A stretch of 62,948 nt of DNA, filler included, from Asterionella formosa (lineage: Eukaryota), in the NCBI GenBank assembly GCA_002256025.1. It is 11 parts of 11 records of this genome, joined end to end, with 100 filler letters (N's around TTAATTAATTAA, not from the genome) between each part and the next. Parts side by side here need not be neighbours in the genome. Positions count along the whole stretch, not along the records: positions 24,482 to 48,775 come from NKIB01002272.1; 10 more parts are not named here. One strand, 5' to 3'. The position numbers and the translations under genes were made by a program. The notes beneath the pieces are model-generated. The model made no database searches. It was not told the DNA's origin and saw only the letters and a list, made by a program, of their open reading frames with translations. Position 1 is the stretch's first letter, and each line of letters opens with the position of its first letter. Positions 36,025 through 48,875 of the stretch are shown piece by piece.

Positions 36025-36296
36025 TGTTTGAGAAATTATTTTAGGAAAGAAAATCCCGGTATAAATTACCTACTACATGTTGAATCGAATTAATCAAGAA
36101 AGAATGCCGGTATGGTACCAGAGAATTCGAAAACAATCTACGCCAACAGTAAAACCCATAATTCTATTAAAACTCTTAGGAACGATTACAATCGATTACG
36201 GATACATCGTTGTTCATATCTACAGCCTATTTGGTCCCTGACGTGTTCTTACAGGATACAAGAAAGCATAGAGTGCTTCGGGACGCAATTTCAACA
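36025..36296 (+). repeat. 5' LTR (272 bp)
   Basis: Aligns to 41318-41587 with about 8 substitutions and 2 indels (hand count). Confidence 0.95.
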
Positions 36297-36432
36297 GTTT
36301 TAATAGAATTAGCCGGCCAGGAAGAGCTGTGATATCACACAATCAACAACAGGTTGGACCGTTGAGAGTCCGGTGACAAGATCTGAGGGTACCAGACCAT
36401 CCAGAGTCTGAAGAAGTCGCACAAGGCGCATC

Positions 36433-39400
36433 ATGAGTGGCAAAGGAAAGTTCACCAAGAAGGCTCAAGCCAAGGGCAAGTTTCAAGCCAAGGGAGGAGG
36501 AAGCAATATTGCTTCTCACTCCATCAAGAAGTCAATCAATGACTACAGCTACTACCTCGGATCAGCAAAGCAGGCATCCGACTATGAGAATACTACGGAG
36601 TATCTCATAAACTACATCAAGAAAGTATTTGATTATGGCAGCGACATAGGAACCGCTCTCGAGTCATTAGAACCGATGAGCACCATGGCATGGAAGCCAA
36701 GTATGCAAGTGAGCATTGCAACAACAGAAGAAGATCGTGCTGCAGAGAATCGGCAATTTGAGATTGAGTTCAAGGCCGATTATGACACCTACAGTAAAAG
36801 GGTACAAGTCTACGAAAATAATAATACCAAGGCATATGCGTTGCTCTGGGAAAGATGCAACAAAGCCATGAAGAACAAAATTGAGGCGAGATCCGATTAC
36901 AATAGGATCCAAAAAAAACCAATAACATTGCTTATGGCAATTAAAGAACACGCACTAAATTTTCAAGAGAATCGATATTCAATGTCGATCATTTTAGATG
37001 CAACGAGAATGCTTTTATTTACAAAGCAGAAAGAAGGAGAAAGTCTACAAGACTACACCAAGAGATTTCGTGTGGCACGAGATGTGCTCAAGTCACACAT
37101 GGGAGGACCCATTATCCTCACCAAGTTCGTTGAAGCCATGGATGGATACAACGAGACCGACATCAAGCAACGAGATAAATTTCGTGAACAAGCATTCAGT
37201 CAATTTATGGCATATTTATATCTTGATAATGCCGACAAGGCCAAATACGGATCAATTATGACCGGACTGAACACTCAACAATCACTCGGCAACAATCAAT
37301 ACCCGAAGAGCATCACCGAATCAAATAATGTCCTCAGCAACCATCAGTTTGACGTAACAAACAACTACAAGAAACCAGGAGAAAATAATAAAGAGAGAGA
37401 ACAAAAGGATGCAGGCAAGGAAGATGAAGATGTGAACTTATCGTTTGCACAGTTAGAAGGAAAATGTTACTGCTGCGGAAAAGTAGGTCACAAATCTTCT
37501 TCGTGCCGAGACAAGAATAAACCCAAAGAGGAATGGGCAATTAACAAGGCCCAAAGCCATGCACATGCACAGGCTAATACATCCGACACAAGTACAGTTA
37601 CCTCCGTTAATTCCAACAACCCGCCATCATCACAAGCTTCACAACAAGCAAATGTCAATCAATTTGGATGGACGGGAGCTCATATGAAACTACAATTTTA
37701 CCAAGCATCTGAGATGCGTGACTGGATACTATTGGATAATCAATCAAGTGTCACAGTCTTTTGCAATCCAAAAATGGTTGAAAACATTCGAATGTCAACC
37801 AATGGAAGCATGCACCTGGCCACAAATGGTGGATCCATGGTCACTAATATGAAGGCTGATCTTCCAAAATGGGGAGAAGTATGGTTTAACGAAAAGGCAA
37901 TCACAAACATCTTCAGTTATGCCGAAATGGCAGATAGGTACAGAATTACCTACAACTCTGAGAAAGAAGATGCATTCATTGTTCATTTGCCTGACAAGCC
38001 AGTTCGATTCAAAAGAATTGGGATTAACTAATATGTTTTCAAGCCTACTACAAAAATTAAAGCGGAAAATGCTCAATTGTCAAATACACTTCAAAACATT
38101 TTACACTGAACGTCAATTTCAGAGAGCTAAGCAAGCTCGTGATCTATTTTATGCCTTGGGTACACCATCAACTATTGATTTCAAGGCAATAATTCGTATG
38201 AATACGATCAACAATAATCCAGTGACTACCGATGATATCAAAATTGCAGAGAAAATTTTTGGACCTGACATCGGAACACTAAAGGGCAAGACAACTCGTC
38301 GCAAGCCGCTGGCAGTCGTGAAGGACTACATCGAGATTCCTAAGGAGCTTATCCAAGCTCAACGCGAAGTGATTCTTTGCATGGATGGAATGAAAGTGAA
38401 TGGACAATCATTTCTCACAACAATTATCTCGAAACATTATGTATAGGACAGCGCAATGGGTCAAGAATCAGACAGCTGATGTCTATCGAGATGCTTTGAT
38501 TCAAGTATTCCGTGTTTATAATACCGGAGGATTTAAAATTACAACAATCCACTGTGATAACGAGTTTCGACCTTTGATGGAACAGCTTTCCAATGAATTT
38601 CAAGTCCACTATGAACTACGCAAATCCACAAGAACATGTTCCCGAAGCGGAGCGAAATAATCGAGTGATTAAAGAACGCGTGCGCGCAGCTTATCATCGA
38701 TTACCTTTCAAACATTTGCCACGACTGATGATTAAGATTCCAGTGACAAAATCTGCAAAGAAAATGGATTTCTTTCCGGCAAAGAACGGGATATCCCCGT
38801 ATCACTGTCCTTGTATGATTTTACATCAACGAAACCTGGACTATGCTCGACATTGCCAGTATACATTTGGCACTTATGTCCAAGCACATGAAGAATCTGT
38901 GTTTTCAAACACTAATGCACCACGCAGCCTAAATTGCATTTATCTACTACGCTACAATGACAACATGCAAGGAGGTCATGAATTGTTACACTTACCTACA
39001 AATTCATTGATCACTAAACGAACAGTTACTCCAATACCACTTACCCCAGCAATCATGAATCAAGTACACACTCTTGCTGTGCAGGAAAATATGCCAGATG
39101 GTCTCAAGATATCAAATCGAACGGGACAAGTATTTTATGATAGTGCTTGGATTGCAGGAGGGACTATGATAATGAAGCATTTGAAGATGCACAAGATGAA
39201 GATGATGAAGATCAACAAGATAGTGAGGACGATGAAAGCAATGATGAAATTCTTGGAGAAGATTATGATGAAATGACTCCAGATGAAATATGTGAAGCAG
39301 AACATCTTGAATTAAACAACAATACCCAAGATCAAGAGGATGACCCTGAACCTGAGGGCAACAATGAGAATAATATTGAAATGAATTCAGACGAAATCCA

Positions 39401-41295
39401 AGATGAGGATGAAGAACCAGCAAATGAAACTGAAAATGCAGAGGCATTGCTAGAAGTCAATCCAAGCACTCAGAATGAAACAGACCCAAATGTTAGAACT
39501 ACAAGGGCTGGAAGAGTCTCAAGACCACCATCAAAACTAACTATGGTCCAAAATCATTTGCATACCCAAGCACACTGTCAAGAAGAGTACACGACTGATA
39601 ATGCGAAAGTGATCTCAATGACAATGTGTTATATGAATGAGATGTTTATCGATAAAGAAGCATTTCACTTTGTTCAGTCATACAGCTTAAGGAAAGGCCT
39701 CAAGAAATTTGGTCAGAAAGGAAGAGATGCTGCCTATAAAGAAATGAAACAACAACATGATAGAGTTGTATTTGAACCGATTAGGACTGAAGACCTAACC
39801 GATATCGAAAAGCGACGTGCAATGGAAAGTCTAATTTTTTTGGTTGAAAAGAGAGACGAGAGCATTAAAGGCAGAGCATGTGCCAATGGCAGTTCGCAAC
39901 GTGAATACATGGAAAGAGATGAAGCAGCTAGTCCAACCACCATGACTGAATCTGTTATGATAACAGCAACAATTGATGCGAAGCAAAATCGCGATTTTAT
40001 GACTGCAGATATACCCAATGCATTTGTGCAAGTGGATATCGATGAGAAAGAAAAAGGGGAGCGAATCATTATGAAGATTAGAGGTTTACTTGTCAATATG
40101 TTGACAGAACTCAGCCCCGAGACTTATGAAAAATATGTTGTTTATGAAGGAAACAACAAGGTCCTATATGTTAGGATGATCAAGGCATTATATGGCATGT
40201 TACAGTCATCATTATTATATTACAAGAAATTTCGGAAGGATATTGAGTCAATTGGATTCAAGGTCAACCCATATGATCCATGTGTAGCAAATCGCATTGT
40301 TAATGGCAAACAGCACACAGTTACTTGGTACGTAGACGATTTGAAATCAAGTCACGTGGACAGCAAAGTGAATGATCAATTTTTGGAATGGCTCAAAAAG
40401 AAATACGCTTCTGACGAAATTGGTGAAGTCAAGGTCATGCGTGGAAATAAGCATGATTATTTGGCAATGACACTAGATTACTCTCTTCCAGGAGTGTTGA
40501 GGGTAGACATGACCAAATATGTGAAATCAATGATTAATGATTTTCCAGATAATCTTGAAGGTGTCGGAAAATTTCCATGGACAGATAAATTGTTCACAGT
40601 TGATACAAAATCAAAGAAGCTTGAATATGAAAAAGCAAAAATATTTCATACTTTTGTTATGAAAGGAATGTTTCTATGTAAGCGAGGAAGACAGGACATT
40701 CAACCAGGAATTGCATTTCTGGCAACCAAACCGAATGAAGGCGATTGGGTAAAATTAATCAAGATCATGAATTTCTTGAAAGCAACTCAAGACGAGGTTG
40801 CATCTATGAGTGCTCATGACACTCAGAGCATTAAATGGTAATGTTGATGCGGCGTTTGCAGTACACAAAGATTTTAAAAGTCACACAGGAGCTACAATGT
40901 CACTTGGAAACGGAATTATTTGTTCTATGTCTACAAAGCAGAAAGTGAACACTAGAAGTTCTACTGAAGCAGAATTGGTTGGTGTCGATGAAATTATATC
41001 AAAGGTGTTGTGGACGAAATTATTTATTGAAGCACAAGGACACAAGGTGACTACGAATGTCATTTACTGTGACAACACTAGCGCAATGAAGCTAGAAGCA
41101 AATGGAAAAGCAAGTTCAGGAAAACGCACGCGACATTTCAACATCAAGTATTTTTATATTACTGATCTTATTGAAAGAGAGGAAGTACAGTTTGAGTACT
41201 GTCCATCGGATGCAATGTTAGCAGACTACATGAGGAAACCACTGGTTGGAACGAAATTTATTCATTTTCGTCAGCAAATTATGAATTCAAAGTGA
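36433..41295 (+). pseudogene. gag-pol polyprotein, disrupted
   Basis: CYCCGKVGHKSSSC (CCHC knuckle), ILLDNQS (protease), CDNEF and EHVPEAERNNR (integrase), ADIPNAF, ALYG and WYVDD (RT), DAAFAVH and SSTEAE (RNase H). Stops or frameshifts near 38030, 38420, 38600, 39160 and 40840. Confidence 0.93.
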
Positions 41296-41317
41296 GCATC
41301 CATGTCCAGCAGGAGTG

Positions 41318-41587
41318 TGTTGGAGAAAATATTTTAGGAAAGAAAATCCCGGTATAAATTACCTACTACATATTGAATCGAATGAATCAAGAAAGAATAT
41401 GGTACCAGAGAATTCGAAAACAATCTACGCCAACAGTAAAACCCATAATTCTATTAAAACTAACTCTTAGGAACAATTACAATCGATTACGGATACATCG
41501 TTGTTCATATCTACAGCCTATTTGGTCCCTTACGTGTCCTTACAGGATACAAGAAAGCATAGAGTGCTTCGGGACACAATTTCAACA
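41318..41587 (+). repeat. 3' LTR (270 bp)
   Basis: TGTTGGAG...TTTCAACA, followed by TSD GATGT. Confidence 0.95.
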
Positions 41588-43060
41588 GATGTGGGCAGGA
41601 TGCCTACCGGTACCTGGTACTACGGTAACGCACGACATTGCGCGAAAGCATTGCGCACGTCAACTACAAACGAAAAACCAACAGGAACAAATTGAAAAAT
41701 CACTCTCTCATCCCTTGTGCCTCACCTTTAATGGTGCAAAGCTAAAATAGTTGGGAAATGTTTAAAACCAAGGAGATGAAGGAAAGTGAGATTCAAAAGT
41801 ATTGCAAAGTGCCGTATGATGGAACAGACGCTAATGAGTGAATTGGCTCAGAAGCCAAAAGGGAAATAAGGTTTTTGCTTCACTCATATTAACCAGATGG
41901 CAGTAGTTATGCATGACTATTGAGTATGAGGCCCTACTGACCCAGGCGGTGAATATATGGTTACTTGTTTCTGAAAATGGACTAGTATCCTAAGTTTTTC
42001 AAAATTGTGATTCTGAAGAGCCTGTAGGTCAGATTGGTGAGTCTATAAGCAATGTGAAAAATATAGCTGATTTATATGAAGTAGCTAACTAAACATAAGA
42101 AATATCAATCATATATTATACGTGAAAAATTCATGAGATTTGAAAAGCCACTTTGCCAGTATTTTTTGTATGTATGGTGAATAATTGTGGAGTTACTTTG
42201 TTTAAAAATGAATGAGCTTGTTAATCTAAATGTAAATTGAAATGTAGTTTTGATTGAAAAATGTAAACTCCGAAATGTTTCTGAAATTAATTGTTTATTG
42301 TTCTTTGGTAACGAGGTTCATCATTGTTACTAGAAGTGTAGCAAACTAGATAAAACCAACTTTACTTGTCGCATATACTACCTATCCCAGCCACCTAGCT
42401 ATGTCAGCAAACAGAAAACATCTTATTTGTGTGATGCATCTTATAATGAAAATGATATGATCCTACAATTTCAATATTTCATCTTGTATGTATAATAATT
42501 ATTGTCATAGAGAATATTGTAAAGCATAAATATAGGAAAAAGATATTTCGCCCCCGATTTCGATATTTCGTCCCCCTCTTTTTGATACACCTTAAACCCT
42601 AGCCTACATAGCTTTCATATTAACCTCGAATATTTTTCGCCACACGAATCTCAGTCGGCTGGATGACACTGTCATGACGGCTTCGAATCGAGTCTGATGC
42701 CTTAACCAACGCTGTCTGAACCTAATATTGGGGACAATGCAGAGGAGGGAGATGATATTTTACCCCACATAAATCTAATCGATCAAGTCACCTTTGATTT
42801 TTGAGAAAAATGCATTAAACTGTTACCAAGTATTAAAAGGATATGGAAGTGTTCCTGAAGTTTTACAGAGGCATCGATTTGAATATTTCAATGGAAATCA
42901 ATGCAATGTGGTAATTGCGGAGTGAATGGGCAAAATTGAGCGACGTACCTGTCCCAAATGAATTAATACACTTCTTTTTGGTAAATCATATATGTAGTCA
43001 ACGCACTATGAACTACTCTTTGCATGCTATTCATTGTGATACAAAGACTCAACAATAATA

Positions 43061-43160
43061 CACCTGCAAGTTGCGGTCATTTTGCTTAAACTAACATTTT
43101 AATCTGGGATAAAGATAGCTAAATCTTTAGTTTCAGCAAAATTACCGCAACTTGCTGGTG
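43061..43160. mobile_element. 100-bp hairpin MITE with ~34-bp TIRs and TA flanks
   Basis: TA|CACCTGCAAGTTGCGGTCATTTTGCTTAAACTAA versus TTAGTTTCAGCAAAATTACCGCAACTTGCTGGTG|TA (3 mismatches). Confidence 0.8.
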
Positions 43161-44543
43161 TATTGAATATTATGATCAATATTTTGTAGGTTAGGAGCAA
43201 AGAAACTCCCTTAGCACAATACCTGTTGATGCCACTACATGCCCATCATTGTTGAGCAATCTATTTTCTTCACCAGCGGTTTGTGCTCAGAGTCGAATCA
43301 CAAATTTTTATAAATGTATACATTGCTAACAATAAATTATGTTTAAAGATTCCTTTTCATGCATACTGGTAACACATCATATTGAAATGAAAGATCAAAT
43401 CAGCCACATGACAAGGAAATCTGAAGTGGCGCTATAACACAATGATAAAACTTGCGGCTTCGAAGGATTGAAAATGGAAAAGTGAATGGAACATATCTAT
43501 GGTATGCACGTCAAGGGCAGCACATGCCAGCCAGGATGATCGATTTCGGGGTTCCAAAAAGTCTAAATGATTGCTTCCTTGTTCTCAAGTGATTCAATAG
43601 CGCATTTTTCATTCGGTGAGAAACCGACAATGTGGAATAAAGAAATTCGTTAGTGCTCTTGTTGGATCAATGCGCAACTGTTAGAACATAACTGACTAAT
43701 GAGTGGTTTTTATCTTTCAGGATAATTGTAATCGAACAGTCTTTTTTTGTAAGTAAAAAATTACATCGGTGGAACGATTTATTGATGTGTACTTATGCGA
43801 TGCTGGACTGACACATTATTATTCAGAAATATTAGAAAATACATCAATAATTGGTATGTCAATCCAGAATTGGAGGAATTTGTTGTGTTTGTTGCAAACA
43901 AGCAAACCATAGTTAACAACTTGCTGCTTCTCATTGTCTCTGTGATTAGGATATCATTACAAAAATTGTAAATGAATCCGCATCTCATTTCGGTAGGACC
44001 TAGTATGGAAAGGAGCAATTATGTTCATATCAAGCATATTTAGTCCAAACATGAATTTACTCGATTCAACATTAACTCTCCGTTCAAAATCTTCCAAATG
44101 TTGACCGCCCTCAGTTTTAGGTGGTACCTGGTACCCCTGGTACCCTCCATTGCCTATAGATACCAAGCAATGTTAGGTTGTTTGTACGAGAACATGCTAT
44201 TATCCCCTCATCACTTATAGACAACAATGTTACCGGTAGGTTGTTTATGATAACCCTGCTTGGGAAAGTCGCGATCTAATTAAGAATCAGGAATCAGGAC
44301 ACTTTCTTTGTTCAACTATGAGGAGCCGTTTTGAGTACGGTATTCATCCTTCGATGAATGATGAAGAATTCCTCTGGCTGATGCATCTTGAGGACGCCAA
44401 AAGATACACCGGTATGTACATAAGTATCAGGTACACGAGATTCACAATGATAACAAATAGAATCTACCGGTAGCGGTGAGACAACGAAACAAATTCTGCT
44501 CTATTTCTTCTTTTAATTGGTACTTTTACTGCAGATTGACATC

Positions 44544-45420
44544 ATGGTTACCCCTGGAGCTCTCGGAAGGTTTAAGGTAAGTGTAGCAAGGAAGCATTGT
44601 GACTCAATGGACGAATGAGAGCGAACAACTTTTGATTTAGGAAGTTATTATTGCTCATCGCAATTGACCTTTCTCCCCTTGTACACTGTATGTTACAGCC
44701 CGGTCCTCCCTCCAAGACTTTATATATTGTTTTGATTGCGTCATTTTTGGTTTTTTCGATTACTGGAGGCTACATGGCCGGAACGCAACCAAAGGGCGCT
44801 GGATGGAGGGCCTTTTCCTGGCATCCAATGCTCATGACCTGCGGAATGGTTGGTATGGTCGGCTCTGCCGCCGTGACCAAGAAGCTTGGTGGATACACCA
44901 ATACCAAGGTGAGAACATTTCTGAAAGGTCTTTTTATATGGGTCAACAATTTAACCGTCGTTGTTCGTTTCTCTCCTGACTTAGTTGCATGGAATTTTTG
45001 CTTGGCTTGGAATGTTCATGGCCATTGGTAGGTTTCAGCAATTAGCTTGGTTTATCCTCAATACCTTGTGATTGTCTTGTCTTACCCTTTCTTTCATCAG
45101 GAGGCCTTTATGCAGTCTACTCTCATAAGGAAACCATGGGATACGGTCACTTAAAAACCAATCATGCGATTGCCGGTATTTCTGTTTTCCTTGGTTGCAT
45201 CATGATTGGAATGGCCGGTGGCATTTTCCTACATCCTGACTTTGGAATTGACAAAACAAACAAAACAATCCGATTCGCTCATAAGATGGCATCTCGTTTA
45301 CTGATTATGCTTGCATGGTTCACTGCCTTTATGGGATTGATGCAATTGACCACCGACACGGTGACATTGACTCTGTATGCAGCACCTCTCATTGTTTTGA
45401 CACCTTTGGCATTGCTTTAA
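44544..45420 (+). CDS. Cytochrome b561 family membrane protein, 4 exons
   Basis: Exons 44544-44576, 44699-44908, 44985-45027 and 45101-45420 (all GT-AG, frame-consistent). Four heme-ligand-type histidines: FSWHPMLM, KLHG, HLKTNHAIAG, FAHKMASR. Confidence 0.88.
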
Positions 45421-45628
45421 AACAAACTTTATCGAGAAAGTCGGTGTCAGGATGATTATTAGTTGGTATGCATGATTGGGTATCGCTATTACTGCAAGTG
45501 GTTAGCACTATATCACTACACAATTTCTCTCCATGTTGAAGTGGCTTACTAAATTATCCATGTCAGGCAGGTGTAGTGAAGACATTAATAAATCGGAGAA
45601 TATTTGATGAATTTTACAGCTTTAACTA

Positions 45629-47011
45629 CTATGATTTATGTTTACCTTGAAAAAAGCGAAAGAGTCGATTTAGAACGTGTTCTTTCTTTGAGAGATTTTT
45701 GTTTTGTACCATTTTTGTCACAATGGGAGGGGAATTCTCGTGACAAATGCTATTAAAGCTGATTCGTCGAGCAGAACGCTGGTCATGGCGAGATGGACGC
45801 CGTTGACCCTTGCTGTAGTGAAGATAATGCGCATCTGGTTCTGAATTTGACCTGTTTAGAGGAGCCCTTTCGTGTGCAGAACCCGACGATGGCATTTCAC
45901 ATAAAATAGCCCAATTGGCATTTGTATCTTTGTTGGTTGGTACAGCTGATTTTTTACTGTTGTTCACGGTGGTTGTAGGCTGGTGGATACTGCCTTCGGA
46001 TCTAGACTTTCTTTTGGTCCAGGCACTCGGGAAAGGGTCATTTTGAGTAGATCCTGAAATCGATGTCATTCTGGTGGGGGTGGCACCTATCGAAGGTCTT
46101 CTTTTCTGGTCCGAGACGTTACTTCGAGACTTGGGAAGCAAATGGTGTGCTTTGGTTCTTTCAAGTGATGATCGAAGCTCCAAGTGAAGTGTGGTAGCGG
46201 CGTTGCTGCTAGAAACCATATGATCTACACCGGATTCGAGTCTTTCATTGTCACTCGTGTGCTTGTCATAATCCCCCTCCAACCCGCTCCTTCTCCGACG
46301 ACTTGGATCATGGTATTTAGGAATTTTCTTAATGCCAAGTTCTTGAGACAACGAGGGCACGGAGATACTCAACTTAAGATGGTTATCTTTGGGGTGCTTT
46401 GCTGTTTGCAGAACCATTACCTCATTATTGTAATTGCTCCACTCGCCTTCGACAAAGATTTGCTGCCTTAGTTCTTCTTTCTTCTCAGAAGTGCCTTGTT
46501 TCACACGATGCATTGAATCCTTCCATTGTGGTTCCACATGTTCGAGCTTCGTAGGCCGATCAATACCGGTATTCGTGATTTCTCCATTTGTGACTTTCGC
46601 AAGTGGAAGAACTACAAGCTTGTTGGACTCGCTATGGGCTAATTCCACTGTTTGTGGCGCTTTCAATCTTCGATTTAGAGACCGTCCAGAATCCTGTTGC
46701 TTCGTAACCTTTGTTCTGGCCCGTCCCTCGACAACCGCATATAGGTCCACAAAACTTTCGTCATCGTCATCGTCATCGTTGCTGTTCTTGCTTACCATAT
46801 CGACACAAAACGAATTGATTTCCCTATCATCTCGGCTGTTTTCCGATCTCGCCAAATATCCATACGCATTTATTGTTGATGCCGGATTCGTTTCCATTTT
46901 GGTTACAATTAATTCTTCCCTTTTGACGACGAGATAAATATTTTTTAGCGGAATACATTTCCACACATATTGTGTGATAGATGTACTTTTTGCTCTTGTA
47001 GACGACTTCAT
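45629..47011 (-). CDS. Hypothetical Ser/Arg-rich, probably disordered protein
   Basis: 460-aa ORF with no recognised domain; the true start may be the internal MET. Confidence 0.65.
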   Translation of the reverse strand: MKSSTRAKSTSITQYVWKCIPLKNIYLVVKREELIVTKMETNPASTINAYGYLARSENSRDDREINSFCVDMVSKNSNDDDDDDESFVDLYAVVEGRARTKVTKQQDSGRSLNRRLKAPQTVELAHSESNKLVVLPLAKVTNGEITNTGIDRPTKLEHVEPQWKDSMHRVKQGTSEKKEELRQQIFVEGEWSNYNNEVMVLQTAKHPKDNHLKLSISVPSLSQELGIKKIPKYHDPSRRRRSGLEGDYDKHTSDNERLESGVDHMVSSSNAATTLHLELRSSLERTKAHHLLPKSRSNVSDQKRRPSIGATPTRMTSISGSTQNDPFPSAWTKRKSRSEGSIHQPTTTVNNSKKSAVPTNKDTNANWAILCEMPSSGSAHERAPLNRSNSEPDAHYLHYSKGQRRPSRHDQRSARRISFNSICHENSPPIVTKMVQNKNLSKKEHVLNRLFRFFQGKHKS

Positions 47012-47711
47012 CGGTGGTGCATATTCTGTTGTACTTCCACCGACTTCCGCGGATATATAAAGAAAAGAAGATTCTCCGCATTAGCTAAAACAGTTCTTCA
47101 TACCAAATTCTTCCTTCATAACAAAAGCTAAAAGACATTTTGTGTTTAGCATCAATCGAATCAATAGTGTATCAAGAACAAACGAATGTATTCTAGGGAA
47201 CAATGTTAATATGATATCGGTTGTCATGGACACTGTCCGTCGTGTCCTGCCGGAGAAAAAATCGAAACAAGCGTGATAGCTTGACCAAATAAAAAATGAT
47301 GATGGGGTCATTTCATATTATGACCCGAACTTTGTTTCAATCGAAAAATCATTTATTGTATCAAGAAAAACAAACGAATGTATTCTAGAAATTGGTTCTC
47401 GTGGAGACTGTAGAGCTTCTCCTGAAAAAAAAAGAACAGTTCAAGGTATAAAAATAATGCCGGGGTCATTTCTTACTTTGCGTTCTGACATCAAAAATTC
47501 ATTATCGCATGTGAGTTTATACATATGCAACCTTCGGCGTCGTTGAACATATGTAAAAGCCAGTTTGTTTTAGCATGCTTAAAACTTCTTCGAGTTTCAC
47601 CGAAATTTTAGTTGAACCATTCAGCAAACTACAATATTGGGCGCGCTCTGATAATAAAAAATTATTATATCATGTGTATTATAACACAAATCGTTGTGTA
47701 CCCATAACCCC

Positions 47712-47945
47712 AAAATTTGTCTTAGTGTTGACCAAATTTGGTAAACCTGGTAAGCACCTCGAAACACAAATTTTTTACAGTTATAAATAACAGTGCATTA
47801 TATAAAAAGATGTTTAGACATGAATGACTATATAGAATTTCCCGGAATATTTCAAGACTTGCTTGCTCATACTCAAAATGGCTTGCTCTTGCCAAAATAG
47901 GTATGCATATAGATATGCATATTGTTACATATCAATCAACCTCCT
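47712..47945. repeat. Dispersed repeat homologous to 770-990
   Basis: See 770-990. Lies directly upstream of the Myb/SANT-like ORF. Confidence 0.85.
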
Positions 47946-47981
47946 CAATAAATCGATCATCATCGCTTTTAGATTTCGGCC

Positions 47982-48775
47982 ATGTCTTCATCTTCTTCTG
48001 GTCAAAGGAGAACAGCCAGGGAGGGCTTCCCTTCCTCTCCAAGGCTGCTTGAACGTCGCCGTCACCAGCAACAAGTACAACAACAGACTCAACCAGAAGA
48101 AGAGGAGGACGACGATGACGACGAGAATGAAGATGACACTGGTGCTGATGAGTTTGCCAGTGATGATGAGGACAGTAGGATGGGTGTCCCAGGTGTTTCT
48201 CAGATTGGTGTTTCTGGGGTTACTCAGTCCCCATCAAGGAACAACAACGATTTTTCACGTGCTCCTAGTAGCTACTAGTTCAGTTTCAAGAACGGCAACT
48301 GCCAGGCGAGCACCAACGTTTCCAAAAGCTCGCCGAAGCATGCAGAGTCGGGGTCAACAGTTCAGGATCAATGAGATTCTCTCATTGCTGGAAACCATTT
48401 CTACTCACCTGCCAATTGGGTCCCATGAATGGGAAGTTGTTGCATCACAGCACAACGAGAATTTCCCAGACAAAGAACTGACAGGACCTTCACTTCGCCG
48501 AAAGTTTTCACAACGGCACAAAGTTAAGAAACCAACTGGGGACCCAACATACCCTGCTGAGGTGAGATATGCCAAACAAATTTTTCGAAGAATCGAGCAA
48601 CGAGCAGATGCAAGTGCTGAGATTGAATCCGCTGATCTTGGAATAGAGAGAGAGCCCAATGAGCCCAATATTGATGAGCCAAATGTTGATGATGATTTTA
48701 TAGCGATTTCTGGGGAGAGTGAAGACAATGGTGGAGCAACATCTGCCGCTTATGCTAATTTTTCTGGTTCAAGAT
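47982..48775 (+). pseudogene. Myb/SANT-like (DUF6818-type) DNA-binding ORF, frameshifted and truncated; possibly a transposon accessory gene
   Basis: Acidic N-terminal part (47982-48278). In another frame: RGQQFRINEILSLL..LPIGSHEWEVVASQH..SLRRKF..KKPTGDPTYPAEVRYAKQI. Runs into the contig end. Confidence 0.65.
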
Positions 48776-48875
48776 NNNNNNNNNNNNNNNNNNNNNNNNN
48801 NNNNNNNNNNNNNNNNNNNTTAATTAATTAANNNNNNNNNNNNNNNNNNNNNNNNNNNNNNNNNNNNNNNNNNNN

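Larger units (their letters stand above)
36025..41587 (+). mobile_element. Full-length Ty1/Copia LTR retrotransposon (diatom CoDi-like), 5563 bp, TSD GATGT
   Basis: TG...CA LTRs at 36025-36296 and 41318-41587. Perfect 5-bp TSD GATGT (36020-36024 and 41588-41592). Purine tract AGCAGGAG before the 3' LTR. Domain order gag-PR-IN-RT-RH. Confidence 0.97.

Noticed and set aside
38020..40845. Programmed frameshifting or readthrough in the Copia gag-pol
   Set aside because: At least five scattered disruptions, several inside conserved domains, fit decay or sequencing error better.
47160..47480. Degenerate local duplications (also 3508-3579 and 56016-56290) and the (AAGC)n run at 27345-27370
   Set aside because: Ordinary short tandem duplications or microsatellites with no further structure.
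24482..48775. Harbinger transposase and Myb/SANT-like ORF at opposite ends of one contig as a giant composite transposon
   Set aside because: They are 22 kb apart and point outward. The candidate Harbinger terminus at 25779 faces away from the host genes. Contigs commonly break at unrelated repeats.
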